From contig CAWGJN010000006.1 in the NCBI GenBank assembly GCA_963822925.1, positions 78,910 to 142,909 of the forward strand: 64,000 nt of DNA, written 5' to 3'. Shown piece by piece: positions 32,513 to 41,774 of this stretch (position 1 is its first letter; every line of letters starts with the position of its first letter). A program made the translations under genes and the position numbers. Source of the stretch: an uncultured Gemmatimonadales bacterium. GTDB taxonomy: Bacteria > Gemmatimonadota > Gemmatimonadetes > Gemmatimonadales > GWC2-71-9. The notes under the pieces were generated by a model that saw nothing but the letters and a program-made list of their open reading frames with translations, was not told the DNA's origin and searched no databases.

Positions 32513-33123
32513 CAGGTCGTCTCCGCGCGGCGGCCGAAGCGATTCTCGGTACCCGCCAGCAGGCGCCGGATATTGGCGCGATGAAACCAGATGATGGCCG
32601 CCGCTACCAGTGCATCGATCCACACGACTTCCCTGCGTCCCGGATACATGAAGTAGACCGCGAACGGCAGCCCCGCGGCGCCCACGATGCTGCCGAGTGA
32701 CACGTAGCCGGTGAGCCAGACAATGAGGATCCAGGCAGCGGCGACCACGCCCACCGCCGCTGGCGTCAGGCCCAGCATCACTCCGGTGGCCGTGGCCACT
32801 CCCTTACCACCCTTGAAGCCGGCGAACACTGAATAGACATGGCCCACAATGGCGGCGATGCCCATCAGCAGCGCCGTCACCAGTGAAGGGGAAACCCGGG
32901 GCGCGAAAAAGAGCACCGGGATCGTGCCCTTGAGGATGTCCAGCAGCGCTACCGGGATCGCGTATTTCCACCCGAGCACACGGTAGACGTTGGTGGCGCC
33001 GAGATTCCGGCTGCCGTGTTCACGCAGGTCGATCTTCCGGAACAGCTTGCCGACGATGAGGCTGGTGGGGATCGCGCCCACGAGATACGAGAGCAGGAAC
33101 CACGGCAGCGCGCCGACGGTCAC
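32512..33123 (-). CDS. plsY: glycerol-3-phosphate acyltransferase PlsY
   Basis: GTG 33123 is in a GTGA overlap with the der stop. About 203 aa and polytopic, with GSRNLGATNV and GGKGVATATG motifs. Confidence 0.85.
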   Translation of the reverse strand: MTVGALPWFLLSYLVGAIPTSLIVGKLFRKIDLREHGSRNLGATNVYRVLGWKYAIPVALLDILKGTIPVLFFAPRVSPSLVTALLMGIAAIVGHVYSVFAGFKGGKGVATATGVMLGLTPAAVGVVAAAWILIVWLTGYVSLGSIVGAAGLPFAVYFMYPGRREVVWIDALVAAAIIWFHRANIRRLLAGTENRFGRRAETT

Positions 33124-34439
33124 CGACGCGAACCCCGGCTGGTGAACTTGAGCCTGAGGGGCGCGCCCTTGAAGCCCCATGCTTCGCGGAACCCGTTGAT
33201 CAGATAGCGCTGGTAGCTCTCGTGAATGTCCAGTGGCCGGTTCGACACGATGGCGAACTCGGGCGGCGCAGTGCCGATCTGCGAGGCGTAAAGCAGCTTG
33301 ACCTCCTCGCCGGCCTTCTGGGGGGGCGAGTTCCGGTCCAGCAGCTCGCCCAGCACCTTGTTCACTTCGGCGGTCGAAACGCGCTTCTCCCGCTCCGCCG
33401 CCACCTCGATGATGAGGTCGAGCAGCTTCCGCACGCGCTGGCCGGTGAGCGCGGACACGTACAGGAACGGCACCCACTCGAGGAAAGGGGCTTTCCCGAT
33501 CAGCAGCTTCTCACCCCGGGCCGCGGTGTTGGTGTCCTTGTCCTCCACGAGGTCCCACTTGTTCACCAGGATGATGAGTCCGCAGCCCTGCTCCCATGCT
33601 TCGGTCGCGATGCGGAGGTCCTGGTTGTGCAGGCCGAGCTTCGCGTCGACGACCAGCACGCAGACGCTGGCGCGCTCGATGGCGCGCTGGGTGCGAAGAA
33701 TCGAGTAGAATTCGAGGTCCTCGTCCACCTTCGCGCGACGACGAAGACCGGCGGTGTCGATGAACGTGAAGTGGCGGTCACCCAGTTCGAGATGCGAGTC
33801 GATGGCGTCACGCGTGGTGCCTGCCTCCGGCGCCACCACGTGCCGCTCCTCGCCAAGCAGCCGGTTGATGATCGACGACTTGCCCGCGTTCGGCCGGCCC
33901 ACCACCGCCACCTTGATCGACTCAGCCGACTCTTCCTCTCCCTCCGGCAGCGACTCGACCAGCTTGTCGAGGAGATCGCCACTTCCCTTCCCCACGCCCG
34001 CCGAGGTGCCGACGGGATCGCCGAGACCCAGGCTGTAGAAGTCGTACTGCGCGGTCGCGCGCTCGAGGTCATCGAGCTTGTTCACCACCACGAGCACCGG
34101 CCGCCGCGACTTGCGCAGCCGCTCAGCGATGGCACCGTCGATCGGGTGCAGCCCCGCCTTGCCATCCACCACGAAAAGGATCAGGTCGGCCTCGTCGACG
34201 GCGGTCTCCACCTGCTGGCGGATCGCCTGGTCCATCGGCGCGTGGGAGTCGGGGACGAGTCCCCCCGTATCCACCAGCCAGAATTTCCGGCCGTTCCATT
34301 CGCCTTCACCGAAGTGGCGGTCGCGGGTCGTGCCTGCCTCGGCCGACACGATCGCCTTGCGGCCGCCCTGGATCCGGTTGAAGAGCGTGGACTTCCCCAC
34401 GTTGGGACGGCCTACGATGGCCACGGTGGGCTGGCTCAC
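33120..34439 (-). CDS. der: ribosome-biogenesis GTPase Der (EngA)
   Basis: Two tandem G domains (GRPNVGKST and GRPNAGKSS) plus a KH-like C-terminus. 439 aa. Confidence 0.95.
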   Translation of the reverse strand: MSQPTVAIVGRPNVGKSTLFNRIQGGRKAIVSAEAGTTRDRHFGEGEWNGRKFWLVDTGGLVPDSHAPMDQAIRQQVETAVDEADLILFVVDGKAGLHPIDGAIAERLRKSRRPVLVVVNKLDDLERATAQYDFYSLGLGDPVGTSAGVGKGSGDLLDKLVESLPEGEEESAESIKVAVVGRPNAGKSSIINRLLGEERHVVAPEAGTTRDAIDSHLELGDRHFTFIDTAGLRRRAKVDEDLEFYSILRTQRAIERASVCVLVVDAKLGLHNQDLRIATEAWEQGCGLIILVNKWDLVEDKDTNTAARGEKLLIGKAPFLEWVPFLYVSALTGQRVRKLLDLIIEVAAEREKRVSTAEVNKVLGELLDRNSPPQKAGEEVKLLYASQIGTAPPEFAIVSNRPLDIHESYQRYLINGFREAWGFKGAPLRLKFTSRGSRR

Positions 34440-35773
34440 GCGCTGACCTCCAGAGAGAGCGCATCGACGAAGTCGCGCGAGAGGCGCACTTCAACCGGTA
34501 GCGATGCGATCAGCTCCTCGATCGCGAGATTATCGATGAAAAGTCCGTCGTCGTTGATCGACTCGGCGGGCAGGAGCACCAGGTCGAAGTCAGCCCGCTC
34601 GCGCAGCGCGTCTCTCATCGCCGAGCCCGGGATCAGCCCTGCTGTGGTGACGGTAGTGCCGAACAGGGTGTTCTCCACCGGGATCAGCTCGAACCCGGCG
34701 CCGGTGATCTCGGCGAGGGGCGCGAGGACCTGGGGAAGCAGAGGGGCCATCGCGGTGCCGGTCACGACGCCCAGCCGCTTGCCTTGCCACCCGCCCAGCG
34801 ACTCGGCCTCGCTTGCGATCTGGCGCTGCAGCCAGCGCACGGCGCCAACCCCATTCTCCACCTGTTCGAACCCGTCGTAGACCTCGGCGGGCGGCAGCTC
34901 GACCCCGGCACGCACATAGAGTTCATCGGCTCCAAACGCCCAGGAGACGCCGCGTTCGCGACGCGCGATGCCGGCGCGCGCCTCGATGATACCGATGGCG
35001 TCCTGGCACTCGCGTGCAGTCGGCTCGCGCACCAGCTTGTGCTTGCTGTACTCGGTGAGCCCGACAGGCACGACGGAGCAGCCGAGTACCTGGGGACCGA
35101 ATTCATAGAGATCGCGCAGAGTCTGCTCCAGGACCAGCCCGTCATTGACCCCGGGCGACATGACGATCTGGGTGTGGAACTCGATGCCGTGCTCAGCGAA
35201 CTGGCGCAACTGAGGGATGATCTCGGGCGCGGTCGGATTGCGCAGCAGGTATCGGCGGACCACCGGGTCGGTAGCGTGAACCGACACGTAGAGCGGCGAC
35301 AGGCGGTACTCGATGATGCGGGCCACGTCGCGCGGCTTGAGGTTCGTAAGCGTCGCGAAATTGCCGTAGCGGAAGCTCAGCCGGTAGTCGTCATCCCGGA
35401 TGTAGAGCACATCACGCAATCCTTGGGGATTGCCGTCCACGAAACAGAAGTCGCAGCGATTGGCGCAGCGGCGGATGCGAGGCGGCTCGAGTCCGAGGCC
35501 CATTGGCTCTTCCAACGGGCGCTCGATGTCGAACTCCAGCTCCTCGCCATCCGGCTGCCGCACGTGGAGGAGGAAGTTTTCCTCGGCGGTGAGGTACTCC
35601 CAATCGAGGAAATCATCGAGCTCCCGCCCGTTGACGCTGAGGAGCTCGCTCCCCGGTTCCAGCCCCAGTTCGGCGCCGATCGTACCGGGCTCCACGGCAG
35701 TAACGCGAATCATGGCGGGAAGATGGTGTCCTCCTTGCGTAAATGCAAGTTGCACAAGAGCTTCCATACCCAC
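34436..35773 (-). CDS. DUF512 / PDZ-domain radical-SAM-like protein
   Basis: N-terminal PDZ-like region, then CANRCDFCFVD and YIRDDDYRLSFRYGNFATLTNL. 445 aa, immediately upstream of der. Confidence 0.75.
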   Translation of the reverse strand: MGMEALVQLAFTQGGHHLPAMIRVTAVEPGTIGAELGLEPGSELLSVNGRELDDFLDWEYLTAEENFLLHVRQPDGEELEFDIERPLEEPMGLGLEPPRIRRCANRCDFCFVDGNPQGLRDVLYIRDDDYRLSFRYGNFATLTNLKPRDVARIIEYRLSPLYVSVHATDPVVRRYLLRNPTAPEIIPQLRQFAEHGIEFHTQIVMSPGVNDGLVLEQTLRDLYEFGPQVLGCSVVPVGLTEYSKHKLVREPTARECQDAIGIIEARAGIARRERGVSWAFGADELYVRAGVELPPAEVYDGFEQVENGVGAVRWLQRQIASEAESLGGWQGKRLGVVTGTAMAPLLPQVLAPLAEITGAGFELIPVENTLFGTTVTTAGLIPGSAMRDALRERADFDLVLLPAESINDDGLFIDNLAIEELIASLPVEVRLSRDFVDALSLEVSA

Positions 35774-35825
35774 GCCTCAACTTTGTTAAGAGGCCACCGC
35801 GAGGAGGTTTTCCGCGACCGCTCCC

Positions 35826-36710
35826 ATGCTTGTTGTGCTCGCGGCCGGACTCGGCTCCCGCTTCGGCGGAGACAAGCAATTCACGACGCTCGGCCCGCAG
35901 GGCGAGACATTGATGGACTACGCCATCCTCGACGCCGCCCGCGCCGGGATCGACCGCGCCATCCTGATCGTCCGGCCCGACGCACTGGATCTCCTCCCGG
36001 GTCTGCAGCGGCGCTACCACGGGTCCATGCATGTGACTGCGGTGGCACAGCGCCTCGAGGACTTGCCGCCCGGCACCGCACTGCCGTCGGGTCGGGTGCG
36101 ACCATGGGGCACGGCGCACGCGATCCGGGCGGTCAGGGCATCGGTGGACGGCCCGTTCATCGTGGTGAATGGGGACGACTTCTACGGTGCGCACCCGTAC
36201 CAGGCGCTGGTGGACGCGCGGCGGTGCGAGACCAGGGCCACTGCGGCGTGGCACCTGGCGGGATTCAGGATTCGCGACACCCTTTCACCCTCAGGGCCGG
36301 TCAACCGCGCGGTGTGCCATCTCGACGCCGACGGCACACTCAGCGGCCTCGATGAGGTGCGCGGAATCCACGCTGACGCTGATGGCGTGTTGCGAGGCGG
36401 CGCCCCGCTGCAGCGAATCATCCCAGACGATGCCGTGGTCTCGATGAACATGTGGGGCCTCACGGCAGAGATCTTCGACGTAATCGAGCAAGGTTTTGTG
36501 GAATTCCTGTCGCGCGCGGACCTGTCGCGTGACGAGTACTATCTGCCCGAGGCGGTTGCGCTCGCGATCACACACGGCCGCAAAGTCCAGGTCCTCCCGG
36601 CGGCGTCTCAATGGTGCGGCGTCACGTTCCCGGAGGACGCGCCAGCAGTCCGGAGCCACCTCTTCGACCTGGCGGCGCGCGGCGCGTACCCTTCCCCACT
36701 CTGGCCATGA
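35826..36710 (+). CDS. sugar-1-phosphate nucleotidyltransferase-family protein
   Basis: N-terminal MLVVLAAGLGSRFGGDKQ NTP-transferase signature, and RPWGTAHAI. 294 aa. Confidence 0.7.
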   Translation: MLVVLAAGLGSRFGGDKQFTTLGPQGETLMDYAILDAARAGIDRAILIVRPDALDLLPGLQRRYHGSMHVTAVAQRLEDLPPGTALPSGRVRPWGTAHAIRAVRASVDGPFIVVNGDDFYGAHPYQALVDARRCETRATAAWHLAGFRIRDTLSPSGPVNRAVCHLDADGTLSGLDEVRGIHADADGVLRGGAPLQRIIPDDAVVSMNMWGLTAEIFDVIEQGFVEFLSRADLSRDEYYLPEAVALAITHGRKVQVLPAASQWCGVTFPEDAPAVRSHLFDLAARGAYPSPLWP

Positions 36711-37780
36711 CAGAGCTCGCTACCGCCGAGCAGATGGTCAGGCGGTGGTTGACACTCGCCGATGCACTCGTGGTGCCGGCCGGGGGCGGCCACATCAACG
36801 CCTCATTCTTCGTTTCCGAGAGGGGTAGCGCGCCAGGCTGGCTGCTGCAGCGCGTCAACCGAACGGTCTTTCCGTCACCCTCCGGGGTGATGCGGAACAT
36901 CGAGATAGTCCTGGCCGCCGCCGCTGACGGCACCGCCGCGATAGCACTGCCGTCACTGATGCGCACACCGGCCGGCGAGGCCTGGGTGCATGACACCGCT
37001 GGTGAACTGTGGCGCTGCTGGGCGGTAACGCCCGGCGTCAGGAGCACAACGAAGGTGACCGGCACTGCGGATGCGCGCGAGGCGGGCCGCGCCTTCGGCG
37101 CCTTCGCCCGCCTTGCCAGCACCCTCGACGCCTCGCAGCTCGCCGACACGATTCGCGGCTTTCATGACACCCGCGCGCGCCTGGCGCGGCTCGAGGCGTC
37201 CATTGCTCGCAATATCAGCGGCCGGGTCGGTCGTGCCCAGAAGGAGATCGCGCAGGCGCTGCACCATCGATCGCTGGCGCCACTTCTCGTGGAGCCGCTC
37301 CGGTCCGGTGTCCTCCCTGTGCGCGTCGCGCACAATGACGCCAAGATCGCGAACGTACTCTTCGACGCCACCACGGGACGGGCCGCGATGGTGATCGACC
37401 TCGATACCGTGATGCGGGGCACGCCACTTTTCGATTTTGGCGACCTGGTGCGCTCGAGCGTGAGCACGGCGCCGGAGGACAGCACCGATCTGCGGAACAT
37501 CGAGGCGGAGCCAGGGCTCTATCACTCACTACTCGAGGGTTATCTCGAGGGCACCGCTGGATTGCTTTCGCCGACGGAGCGTTCGTTGCTGGAAACGGCG
37601 GGCCGGGTCATCACATGGGAACAGTCGCTGCGCTTCCTGACGGACTACCTGGACGGCGATGCCTACTTCGCCACGTCACACCCGGAACACAATCTGGAGC
37701 GGGCACGGGCGCAATTGGCACTGCTCGCGTCCCTGAACCGGCAGCGGGAGGCCTTTGAATGGGTCAGTCTGCAGTCGTAA
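36707..37780 (+). CDS. aminoglycoside-phosphotransferase-fold kinase (anomeric sugar kinase candidate)
   Basis: ATG 36707 is in an ATGA overlap with the preceding gene. GGHINASF is Gly-loop-like. The APH-type catalytic loop VAHNDAKIANVLFD and the DLD motif are present. Confidence 0.65.
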   Translation: MTELATAEQMVRRWLTLADALVVPAGGGHINASFFVSERGSAPGWLLQRVNRTVFPSPSGVMRNIEIVLAAAADGTAAIALPSLMRTPAGEAWVHDTAGELWRCWAVTPGVRSTTKVTGTADAREAGRAFGAFARLASTLDASQLADTIRGFHDTRARLARLEASIARNISGRVGRAQKEIAQALHHRSLAPLLVEPLRSGVLPVRVAHNDAKIANVLFDATTGRAAMVIDLDTVMRGTPLFDFGDLVRSSVSTAPEDSTDLRNIEAEPGLYHSLLEGYLEGTAGLLSPTERSLLETAGRVITWEQSLRFLTDYLDGDAYFATSHPEHNLERARAQLALLASLNRQREAFEWVSLQS

Positions 37781-37784
37781 GTCG

Positions 37785-39560
37785 TCAGTGGTCGGTGGTA
37801 CTTGCGGCCCAGAGCCGGGGCAACAGGCGGGCCAGGAAGAACCCGCTCACCACGAAGACGGCAATCCACAGCGACGCCTGGGGCCATTTCCCATAGAGTA
37901 TGCTTCCGGTCCCGAACATCGCCGCGTACACGAACAGGCAACCGAGCACCCAGCCGAGGAGGGACTGAGAGAGACTGTCCGGCGAGGGCCCCAGGCCCGT
38001 CGCGGTGCGCACCGCAGTCCAGCCGGGTCCCGCTGGCCGGACGCGTCGATAGAATGCTTCGAGGGTCGCCGCGTCCGTGGGCTTCGTGAGATAGGTGACG
38101 ACCAGCCACACCACGGTGGTGCAGATCACAGTGGCGAGCAGTGATACGTGAGACGGCACGCCATGCCCGTTCTTTGCCGCGAGGAAGAAGCCGGTCGACA
38201 CCACGAAAGAACTCACCATCGCCGCGATCTCGCTCCAGGCGCTGATGCGCCACCAGAACCACCGCAGCAGATAGATCAGTCCCGTCCCCGCGCCCACCGA
38301 CAGCATCAGGTCGAACGCCTGTCGTGCCGTGTCGAGCACGAAAGTCAGGAGTGCCGCGACGATCATGAGGAGGCCGGTGACCAGTCGACCCACCGCGACA
38401 TAGTGCTTCTCGCTGGCATCCTTCCGCAGGAAACGCCGGTAGAAGTCGTGCACCAGGTACGACGTGCCCCAGTTGAGGTGGGTCGATATCGTGGAGACGT
38501 AGGCCGCCAGCAACCCCGCCACCATCAACCCCAGCACCCCATGCGGCAGGAACTTGAGCATGGCGGAGTACGCCATGTCGTGCCCCAGGAGTTTCGGGTC
38601 GACGTAGGGGAAGGTCCGGCGAATGTCCTCGAGCGTCGGGAATACCAGCAGCGACGCCAGTGCGGTGATGATCCACGGCCAGGAGCGCAGTGCGTAGTTC
38701 GCCACGTTGAAGAACAGCGTGCCCGCCAGCGCATCCCGTTCCGACTTGGCCGCCAGCATCCGTTGCGCCACGTAGCTGCCGCCGCCCGGCTCCGAGCCCG
38801 GGTACCACACTGACCACCACTGCACGGTGAGCGGAATGATCAGCACTGACAGGGTGAGCCCCCAGTCGCCGAAGTCGGGTAAGAGCGAGAGTGTGCCCGG
38901 GTCGAGCTTGCTCACCAGGCCGGAAAGGCCACCCACTTCGGGCTGCTTGAGAGCGTAGTACGCCGCGGCGAACGACCCGCTCATCGCGATGCCGAACTGG
39001 ATGAAATCCGTCACCAGCACGCCCCACAATCCCGACGTGGCGGCGAAGGCAATGTTGATGACGGCACACACGGCCAGCGTCTGCCACATCGGCCAGCCGA
39101 GCATGACATTGGCGATCTTGGCGGCGGCGAGGTTGACCGTGGCCATGATGACAGCGTTGAAGAAAAGGCCGAGATAGATGGCGCGGAAGCCGCGTACGAA
39201 GGACGCCGGTCCGCCGGCGTAACGCAGCTCGTAGAACTCGAGATCGGTGAGCACTCCAGAGCGGCGCCAAAGCCGGGCGTAGAAGAACACCGTCAGCATG
39301 CCGGTGAGCAGGAACGACCACCACGCCCAGTTGTTGGCGACACCATGCTCCCGGACCAGGTTCGTGACCAGGTTGGGTGTATCGGTGCTGAAGGTGGTGG
39401 CGACCATCGAGACCCCGATGAGCCACCAGGGTGCCGCGCGCCCGGATGTAAAGAACTCCGCCGTGCTGGAGCCGGCCCGCCGGGCCAGGACGATGGCGGG
39501 AATGAACGAGACGACGATGGACAGCACGACGATGAGCCAGTCGAGCGGCTGGAGTTCCAT
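37785..39560 (-). CDS. sodium:solute symporter (SSS) family transporter
   Basis: 591 aa with about 13 or more TM helices and a typical SSS N-terminus (LDWLIVVLSIVVSFIPAIVLARRAGSSTAEFFTSGR). Confidence 0.85.
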   Translation of the reverse strand: MELQPLDWLIVVLSIVVSFIPAIVLARRAGSSTAEFFTSGRAAPWWLIGVSMVATTFSTDTPNLVTNLVREHGVANNWAWWSFLLTGMLTVFFYARLWRRSGVLTDLEFYELRYAGGPASFVRGFRAIYLGLFFNAVIMATVNLAAAKIANVMLGWPMWQTLAVCAVINIAFAATSGLWGVLVTDFIQFGIAMSGSFAAAYYALKQPEVGGLSGLVSKLDPGTLSLLPDFGDWGLTLSVLIIPLTVQWWSVWYPGSEPGGGSYVAQRMLAAKSERDALAGTLFFNVANYALRSWPWIITALASLLVFPTLEDIRRTFPYVDPKLLGHDMAYSAMLKFLPHGVLGLMVAGLLAAYVSTISTHLNWGTSYLVHDFYRRFLRKDASEKHYVAVGRLVTGLLMIVAALLTFVLDTARQAFDLMLSVGAGTGLIYLLRWFWWRISAWSEIAAMVSSFVVSTGFFLAAKNGHGVPSHVSLLATVICTTVVWLVVTYLTKPTDAATLEAFYRRVRPAGPGWTAVRTATGLGPSPDSLSQSLLGWVLGCLFVYAAMFGTGSILYGKWPQASLWIAVFVVSGFFLARLLPRLWAASTTDH

Positions 39561-39584
39561 GGTCAGTCCGTCGGCAGGGAGCCG

Positions 39585-39628
39585 GAGAAAGGGGAAAAGG
39601 GAAGGCCGGTCGCGTTGCGACCGGCCTT
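39585..39628 (-). terminator. hairpin terminator downstream of tRNA-Gly
   Basis: The minus strand reads AAGGCCGGTCGC-AAC-GCGACCGGCCTT, a 12-bp stem spanning 39602-39628, followed by CCCTTTTCCCCTTTCTCC. It begins 3 nt after the tRNA 3' end. Confidence 0.6.
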
Positions 39629-39630
39629 CA

Positions 39631-39703
39631 AGCGGGCGACGGGGTTCGAACCCGCGACCCTCAGCTTGGGAAGCTGATGCTCTACCAACTGAGCTACACC
39701 CGC
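39631..39703 (-). tRNA. tRNA-Gly (anticodon CCC)
   Basis: The reverse complement is GCGGGTG/TA/GCTC-AGTTGGTA-GAGC/A/TCAGC-TTCCCAA-GCTGA/GGGTC/GCGGG-TTCGAAC-CCCGT/CGCCCGC/T. 73 nt, with no encoded CCA. Confidence 0.9.
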
Positions 39704-40050
39704 AACTGCCTCAAACCTAACGCGATGCCCTGAGGACAGGAATCCCTGCCCCGGACGCTGTGTCAACAATGTGCCAACAATTTCACGCCTGCCGCTCGAG
39801 CGGTTCATCAAGCACCCGGAGCATGGTCGTCCTGTCGGTCTGCATGTAGTGGCGCATCAACGTCTCGACCTGTATCCATCCCCCGCTGCCGTCACATCAT
39901 CGAGCAAGAGGTGCTTCTGCCGGTCGCCCATCCCCGCCGGCAGGCAGGGGACCCGTCGTGCTTGGAACGCCAGCGCGTCTCTCGGCCTTCAGGAGCCACG
40001 GTGCCCGCTTCTAGCGCCACAACCCCTGCTTCCCGGCGGAATGCTCAGCA

Positions 40051-40569
40051 TCATGGATCGCCCGTGCGCGCAACAGCAGGTTGAGCGTCAGCTTCCGCCT
40101 CTCGAGCGCGCAGCACGTGCACAATATGCTGAATGGAGGTGAGTGCCAGCAGCAACGCATAGAACGCCCCGACACAGAGAAGCAGGGCGACGAAGCCATA
40201 CCCTCGCGTCAGGAGCACGCGCGACTGCCATGGCAACGTGAGGTGGTCCAGGGAAGGGGCGACCTCCACCGCTAGCGCCCCAAATAGTGTCAGCCCAGCT
40301 GCTCTTACGGGTCGCAGGAGCTGCGGAACCAGTCCTGATGCTCCCCCCGTACGGCCTTCCTCCGCGCGCTGCATGGCCACCCCGAACAGCATCCCGAACC
40401 AGAACGCAGAGATCGCTACGACCCCAATGGCGATGTCCCGCGCCACCAGCACCAAGGTGTTCACCTCACCAGGCGAAAGCATGGGCAGGAACAGCGCTGC
40501 CGTGAAAGCGGTGCCGACACCAATGGCCAGGACGATCCGACTCCGCCGCAGCGGCCGATTATCCTGCAT
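40051..40569 (-). CDS. hypothetical integral membrane protein (about 5 TM)
   Basis: 172-aa ORF with clear hydrophobic segments and a strong Shine-Dalgarno sequence 9 nt upstream of its ATG. I recognised no family. Confidence 0.55.
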   Translation of the reverse strand: MQDNRPLRRSRIVLAIGVGTAFTAALFLPMLSPGEVNTLVLVARDIAIGVVAISAFWFGMLFGVAMQRAEEGRTGGASGLVPQLLRPVRAAGLTLFGALAVEVAPSLDHLTLPWQSRVLLTRGYGFVALLLCVGAFYALLLALTSIQHIVHVLRAREAEADAQPAVARTGDP

Positions 40570-40578
40570 TTGTGACGT

Positions 40579-40585
40579 CCTCCTC
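40579..40585 (-). promoter_or_regulatory. Shine-Dalgarno sequence GAGGAGG for the 172-aa membrane protein
   Basis: The minus strand reads AAGAGGAGGACGTCACAAATG, with 9 nt between GAGGAGG and the ATG at 40569. Confidence 0.6.
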
Positions 40586-40812
40586 TTGCCGCGACTCGCC
40601 TCCGAAACCTAATTGGACGCGTTGGTTCAGCGGACGCGGGCGGCTCCTCCATGCCGTGTCGCCGGCCGGGGCGAGTCGGGCCAAAGCGAGGGGCGGCGTC
40701 TACCCAATCTGGTAAACGCCGCACTGTATCAACATCAACGAACCAGAGTCGCTCGAGTTGGTGTCACGGGACATCCGACCTCCGTGCTTGTCAACTACGG
40801 CGTCGCCGCTGG

Positions 40813-41745
40813 TCACTTCCCGCCCGCGGCCACCAGGAAGCTGCGCAGGTCGGCCTCGCTCACCGCTGGTTCCCCACCCGACACATTGTCCAGCTTGCCA
40901 GAGCGCATCCACCGCTCGAGCTGGTCCACCAGCGAGAAGAGGTGGTCGAACGAGTCGACAACGAACAACAACGGCTGGTAGCTGTCGATCTCGAAGTACT
41001 GGTTGATGACCCATTCAAGCTGGACCGGGTAGCGCTGCACCTCGGCCGAGTCGATGGCGTGGGCAATCTCTCCGTATGAACTGAGGAGGCCGCTGCCGTA
41101 CACCTTGAGGCCCGTGCCGCTCCGCATGAGCCCGAACTCGACGGTGAACCAGAAGAACCTCGCCATCGCCTTGAAGATGCTCGTCATCCGCCGGATCTTG
41201 TCGCGTTCGTCCTTGATGCCCGCCACGATCTCGACCGCGGTATGGGCGCAGTCACCGAAGCGCACGAGCGTATCCGCGAACGCGCGGTCCGTATGCATCG
41301 GCACGTGGCCGGCGATATCATGGAAGATGTCGGGCTCGGGAAGGTAGTCGAGCATCCCGGCATCGCGGATCGTGATGGTGGTGGGAAACTCGCGATTACG
41401 CAGGCAGTCGAAGAAGAGGAACGACGGCACGTAGCCGCTGACCGGCTTGGCCTTGAAACCGGTGAGCGGGCTCAGGAACCGGTTGACATCCTCCAGCCGG
41501 GGCACCCGGCTGGAATCGAGGCAGAGGCTGCCGATGCCCTCGAGGAACCGTGGATTGGCGTAGCGCTGCCACCGGTCTTCCATGCGATGGTACAGCTGTC
41601 GCCACGCCTCGTGGTTGGCTTCGCTGTACAGCTCGTATGGCTGGTGGATGTACAGCTCGCCGTTCGCCTGGGCCTGCTCGATGAACGGGGCCCGGGTGGT
41701 CGTCAGACCACCCGGGGAGTTCGCCGCACCGGACGACGCGTTCAT
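40813..41745 (-). CDS. phhA: phenylalanine 4-monooxygenase (aromatic amino acid hydroxylase)
   Basis: The iron-ligand region PEPDIFHDIAGHVPMH and the FWFTVEFGL motif are present. 310 aa. Confidence 0.9.
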   Translation of the reverse strand: MNASSGAANSPGGLTTTRAPFIEQAQANGELYIHQPYELYSEANHEAWRQLYHRMEDRWQRYANPRFLEGIGSLCLDSSRVPRLEDVNRFLSPLTGFKAKPVSGYVPSFLFFDCLRNREFPTTITIRDAGMLDYLPEPDIFHDIAGHVPMHTDRAFADTLVRFGDCAHTAVEIVAGIKDERDKIRRMTSIFKAMARFFWFTVEFGLMRSGTGLKVYGSGLLSSYGEIAHAIDSAEVQRYPVQLEWVINQYFEIDSYQPLLFVVDSFDHLFSLVDQLERWMRSGKLDNVSGGEPAVSEADLRSFLVAAGGK

Positions 41746-41774
41746 GCCCTTACCGGGTGATGGCAGGCGCTTCC

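Noticed and set aside
37663-39426. 587-aa minus-strand ORF overlapping the SSS transporter in another frame
   Set aside because: It is Arg/His/Gly/Pro-rich with no hydrophobic periodicity. The 37785..39560 frame gives a canonical polytopic SSS protein.
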